The notes under the pieces were generated by a model, which did not search any database, had not been told where the DNA came from, and worked only from the letters and a program-made list of their open reading frames with translations. From a bacterium (GTDB taxonomy: Bacteria > Hinthialibacterota > Hinthialibacteria > Hinthialibacterales > Hinthialibacteraceae), in the NCBI GenBank assembly GCA_016125385.1, contig WGLV01000021.1, forward strand, positions 31,429 through 95,428: DNA of 64,000 nt, in the 5' to 3' direction. A program made the translations under genes and the position numbers. Positions 60,215-64,000 of the stretch are shown one piece after another (position 1 is the stretch's first letter; every line of letters begins with the position of its first letter).

Positions 60215-61528
60215 CTACAGCGCCCGATTACTCTTGCAGAGATTGACCTGAATGATGGTATCGACCGGTTCAAGAAGGTCGTCCGGCACGAAGACCGCGC
60301 CGCTTTCGCCGCCGTTGATAATGCGCAGGCGTTTGCTGGCGCCATGATAGGGATGGGCGGATTTGATCACGTATCCCGTGATGTTGGGGATGGTGATCAT
60401 TCCGCCGGGAGACGAAAACACGTGAAGATACAGCGTTTCGCCGTCAATGGTTGATGTTCCCCAATCGGCTTTGCCGATCGGGCCGCCGCGAGTTCCGTAG
60501 ATGGTTTTGCCGTTTTTATCGAGCCACTGGCCCACTTGACGCAAACGCTCGACCGCCTCGGGCTGAATTTCACCCAGCGAGGTCGGCCCCACGTTGAGCA
60601 GCAGGTTGGCGTTCAACCCGGCCGCGTTCACCAGGTAGTGAATGATCTCTTCCGTTGATTTAAAGTTGTGGTCGTTCTGGTTATAGCCCCATGAATGGTT
60701 CATGGTCATGCACATTTCGAGCGGGAGATGGCTGACATCGGCCTCGTTAAAGCCGGCGGTGTTCTGTCCGGGCAGATCCTGCTCGAAATTCTGAAAGTTT
60801 TCGCCGGGGTTAGGCTTCTGATGATGGTTGTTGCCGATCAACGCGCCGGGTTGCAGTTCATGGATCATGGAGTACAGCTCGTTCAGCTTCCAATCGGCGC
60901 CGGGGCGGTCCCACCAGCCGTCGAACCAGATTCCACCGATATCGCCGTAATTGGTGCAGAGTTCACGGACCTGGCCGAAGTGATAATCGAGGTAGCGGTT
61001 CCAGTCGCCCCAGTCGGGCCGCCCGCTGGCCTGTCCGGTGCGGCCGCGAGGGTAGTAATCGGGATGATGCCAGTCGAGTTGCGAATAGTAGAAGAAGAGT
61101 TTCAAGCCATACTTGTCGCAGGCTTTTTTCAATTCGGCCATGACGTCGCGGCCAAACGGGGTGTTCATGATGTCATAATCGGTTAATTTCGAATCATACA
61201 TGCAGAAACCATCATGATGTTTTGACGTGATGGTAATGTATTTCATGCCGGCGTCTCTGGCGATTCTGCACCATTCATCGGCGTTGAAACGGACGGGATT
61301 GAACTGGGGATAAAGTTTTTCATATTCTTCGATGGTCATCTTGTCATTGTTCATCACCCACTCGCCCTTCGCCAGGATCGAGTAGACGCCCCAATGGATG
61401 AACATGCCGAATTTGGCGTCTTGAAACCATTCCTGCGATTTTTCAATCGCCTTCGTCTCTGAAAACGCGGTCCCCACGGACGCCATCGCGATCAGGCAGG
61501 CGGCCATCACAAGCATCATCCGTTTCAT
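60215..61528 (-). CDS. Secreted alpha-L-fucosidase (GH29)
   Basis: FGMFIHWG, TSKHHDGF, WFDG nucleophile, LLLNVGP; start reset to MKRMML. Confidence 0.92.
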   Translation of the reverse strand: MKRMMLVMAACLIAMASVGTAFSETKAIEKSQEWFQDAKFGMFIHWGVYSILAKGEWVMNNDKMTIEEYEKLYPQFNPVRFNADEWCRIARDAGMKYITITSKHHDGFCMYDSKLTDYDIMNTPFGRDVMAELKKACDKYGLKLFFYYSQLDWHHPDYYPRGRTGQASGRPDWGDWNRYLDYHFGQVRELCTNYGDIGGIWFDGWWDRPGADWKLNELYSMIHELQPGALIGNNHHQKPNPGENFQNFEQDLPGQNTAGFNEADVSHLPLEMCMTMNHSWGYNQNDHNFKSTEEIIHYLVNAAGLNANLLLNVGPTSLGEIQPEAVERLRQVGQWLDKNGKTIYGTRGGPIGKADWGTSTIDGETLYLHVFSSPGGMITIPNITGYVIKSAHPYHGASKRLRIINGGESGAVFVPDDLLEPVDTIIQVNLCKSNRAL

Positions 61529-61703
61529 CGAGTTACTCCTTACTTTTTTTGTGGATATATACAATGCAGAGCATGAAGTTTCCATTCAAACCGTGCTACA
61601 TTGTCCGCGAAATCGTCCAGCCGTCCAGACGCGGCGCGCAGCGAACCGGCATTCAACTTTACCACGGGCTCCCCGGTCCATCCAACAACGACGGAGACAC
61701 GCC

Positions 61704-62195
61704 ATGATCTTCCATATCGACGAAACCGCGCGCTGGAAGCCGCTGATCGATCACTCGCGCCGCACCGGGCTGACCATCGCCTCCACCAACGGGACGTTCG
61801 ACATCGTTCACGCCGGGCATATCCGCCTGTTGAGGGCGGCGCGCGCGCAAGGCGACCTGCTGGTCGTGGGGCTCAACAGCGACCGATCGGTAAAAGCCTA
61901 TAAAAGCGAAAAACGCCCCATCGTTCCCCAGCAGGAACGCGCGGAGATCATCGCCGCGATGCGTTACGTCGACATGGTGCTGATATTCGACGAACCGGAA
62001 AGCGCGCGTTTCGTGCGGGAACTGCAACCGGACGTTCACGTCAAGGATTCAACTTATGGATACGACCTGCTCGAAGCGCCCATCGTGGCTGAATATGGCG
62101 GGAAGATTCACCTGATCGACAAGGACGACCGCTCAACCACCAACATCATCAAAAAAGTGATCGAAATCTACCGCGACGACCCCGCCTGCCTCTGA
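61704..62195 (+). CDS. Cytidylyl/adenylyltransferase (RfaE domain II-like)
   Basis: TNGTFDIVHAGH (HxGH), VGLNSD.SV, RSTT; start reset to MIFHID after GGAG. Confidence 0.88.
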   Translation: MIFHIDETARWKPLIDHSRRTGLTIASTNGTFDIVHAGHIRLLRAARAQGDLLVVGLNSDRSVKAYKSEKRPIVPQQERAEIIAAMRYVDMVLIFDEPESARFVRELQPDVHVKDSTYGYDLLEAPIVAEYGGKIHLIDKDDRSTTNIIKKVIEIYRDDPACL

Positions 62196-62217
62196 CGAAT
62201 TCTCATTTCAAATCAAT

Positions 62218-63564
62218 TTAAAAGCGGCTTTTTTCGGTTTTCCGTTTATAGGAGAGCAACTCACGGGCGGCGTTGATTCCGCTCACCACGGCGCCCTCGA
62301 TGGTCGCGGGCAGGCCGGTCTGCGTCCAGTCGCCCGCGAGAAAGAAGTTTTTCAATGCGGTGGGAGGCAGAGGACGTTTGGCCTCGTTGGCGGGCGTACA
62401 GGAGAAGGTGGCGCGCGGCTCCCAGAACACCGATGAAAGCACCGGCGCGGCGGGCGTGGAATCGGGATACACGCGTTGCAGGTCATCCATGGCGCGGCGC
62501 ACGATCTCGTCGCGCGTCAGCCCCTGCAGGCGGCGCGCGGCGCTGGCCACCAGGCATACGCAGGCGCTGGAATGCTCGCCCGCTTCCATGAAGTTGGCGC
62601 GGTGAAACGCCCACTCAAAAGTGCAGTTCTGTAAACAGCAGAACGCCTCGCTGGCGATGGGTGAATCAAACCACAGGTACACGCTGAGAATCGACGACTC
62701 GCCCAGCTGAGGCAGGCGGATGAGCGTCTCCAGCCCGGCGCGCAACAGCACCTTGCGCAGTTGTTCGGGCGTGGCCGCTGAAATCGCGAACCGGCACGGC
62801 AGGCGTTCGCCGCTGGCCAGCATCACCGCCTGCAGTTCGTTGTTGCGCCATTCCATCGAGGCCGCTTTTTCGCCCATCCGAACCGTTCCGCCGCGCTCTT
62901 CGAGATAGCGAACCGCCGCTTCGCCATGCAGCGCGGCGAGCCGCCTGACCGGCAGACCGATGCGCGAATCGCGAGCGGCGCCCATGAACCCCTGCTTCAT
63001 AACCCCGGCGAGCAGACTGGCGTCGGCGACGGAGGTTTCTTCATTCAGCGCGGAAAGAGCGATCGGATCCCACAGGCGCTGGCGTAAAGCGAGCGGTTGT
63101 TTCATCCGCGAGGCAAACTGGTGTACGGTTTCGTTTTTACGCGGCCCGGCGGTCCGTAACGCCAGGCCGTATTTCACCGCGGCCCACTTGTCTTTGGGCT
63201 TCAGCGTCTTCATGTTCGCCAGGCCGGCCAGCAGGTGCAACGGCCCCGGCAGCGCGGGGCAGCGCAGTTCGTCATACAAACCGCCGGGCCCGCGGTAAAT
63301 AACTTCGAGGCGCTTTTGAAAGTTCACGGCGCCGTCGGTTTTCAACTTGCGCAACAGCGCCATCGTTTTGTGATAACACCCCATCAGCACGTGCTGGCCG
63401 TTATCGATCCAGTCTCCGGTTTCGCGATGGGGAACGGAATACACCCGCCCGCCGAGATGCTCTTTCTGTTCGAGCAGACAGACCTGCAAACCCGCGTCGG
63501 CCAGTTGAACCGCCGCCGACACGCCCGCGAACCCGCCTCCAATCACGACGACGTCTACGACCAT
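62218..63564 (-). CDS. hpnE: Hydroxysqualene dehydroxylase
   Basis: IGGGFAG, DNGQHVLMGCY, ATF, AGDWTQTGLPATIEGAV.SG; next to the squalene synthase gene. Confidence 0.88.
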   Translation of the reverse strand: MVVDVVVIGGGFAGVSAAVQLADAGLQVCLLEQKEHLGGRVYSVPHRETGDWIDNGQHVLMGCYHKTMALLRKLKTDGAVNFQKRLEVIYRGPGGLYDELRCPALPGPLHLLAGLANMKTLKPKDKWAAVKYGLALRTAGPRKNETVHQFASRMKQPLALRQRLWDPIALSALNEETSVADASLLAGVMKQGFMGAARDSRIGLPVRRLAALHGEAAVRYLEERGGTVRMGEKAASMEWRNNELQAVMLASGERLPCRFAISAATPEQLRKVLLRAGLETLIRLPQLGESSILSVYLWFDSPIASEAFCCLQNCTFEWAFHRANFMEAGEHSSACVCLVASAARRLQGLTRDEIVRRAMDDLQRVYPDSTPAAPVLSSVFWEPRATFSCTPANEAKRPLPPTALKNFFLAGDWTQTGLPATIEGAVVSGINAARELLSYKRKTEKSRF

Positions 63565-64000
63565 GAGAGGGCGCCTTGCAGCCGGGCGGTCATCCAGATG
63601 CGGAGCGCGATGGCCATTTTGACCGGATTGGGCACACGCACTCGGGTTTCATACACGTTATAGTCGGCGGCGGCGATGCGCCGCAGCAGGCTGTGATAGA
63701 TTTTCCCCATGATTTCAGCCGGAAACAGAAACGGGTGATCGCGGCGTTCATACAGCCGCGCCGCTTCGGCGTAAAAGCCGGAAGCGCGCTGTTCCTGATA
63801 TTTCATCAGCTCGACGAAGTTCGGCGAGTAGGTCTCTTTCATCAAGTCATCCTCGGAATATCCGAAGCGTTCAAGGTCTTCGGCGGGTAAATAAATGCGC
63901 CCGTTGCGGGCGTCTTCGCCCACGTCGCGCATAATGTTGGTGAGTTGCAGCGCCATGCCCAGATTGACCGCGTAGTCTTTGGCGGTTTCGGAGCGATAGC
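63555..64000 (-). CDS. hpnD: 3' part of presqualene diphosphate synthase (squalene/phytoene synthase family)
   Basis: LGMALQLTNIMRDVGEDARNGRIYLP; frame stays open to the window end. Confidence 0.8.
   Translation of the reverse strand, partial: YRSETAKDYAVNLGMALQLTNIMRDVGEDARNGRIYLPAEDLERFGYSEDDLMKETYSPNFVELMKYQEQRASGFYAEAARLYERRDHPFLFPAEIMGKIYHSLLRRIAAADYNVYETRVRVPNPVKMAIALRIWMTARLQGALSWS

Overview
GC-rich bacterial chromosomal window, mostly housekeeping and metabolic genes, with no prophage, transposase or CRISPR array. The pilin-like protein signature and PT-linker/dockerin-tailed secreted proteins tentatively suggest a Ca. Hinthialibacterota (OLB16)/Sumerlaeota-like lineage (pattern inference only). 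Contents: the end of a surface-polysaccharide locus, xth, two tRNA-Ser genes, two tandem matrixin-like secreted proteases, SMUG1, a DtxR-feoA-feoB iron-uptake locus, cobA/hemD, a stand-alone BMC shell gene beside an N-methylated pilin-like gene and sugar-catabolic enzymes, uvrB, araB, an AT-rich BglII-like restriction-modification pair, an ~1810-aa gingipain/PorU-like C25 protease, argC, split transketolase, a GH29 fucosidase and hpnD/hpnE. The most unusual structure is non-coding: a modular composite repeat (GTAG-type REP hairpins plus other hairpin and linker modules) at 28.8-29.35 kb, 35.4-36.2 kb and 58.1-58.27 kb. Each copy follows a TAG stop in the same sense as that gene and shows compensatory stem changes, and in one tandem pair the linkers are identical while the hairpins differ. 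Secondary leads are a possible surface-anchoring system (dockerin-like tails and the C25 protease) and a terminator-like element between feoA and feoB.
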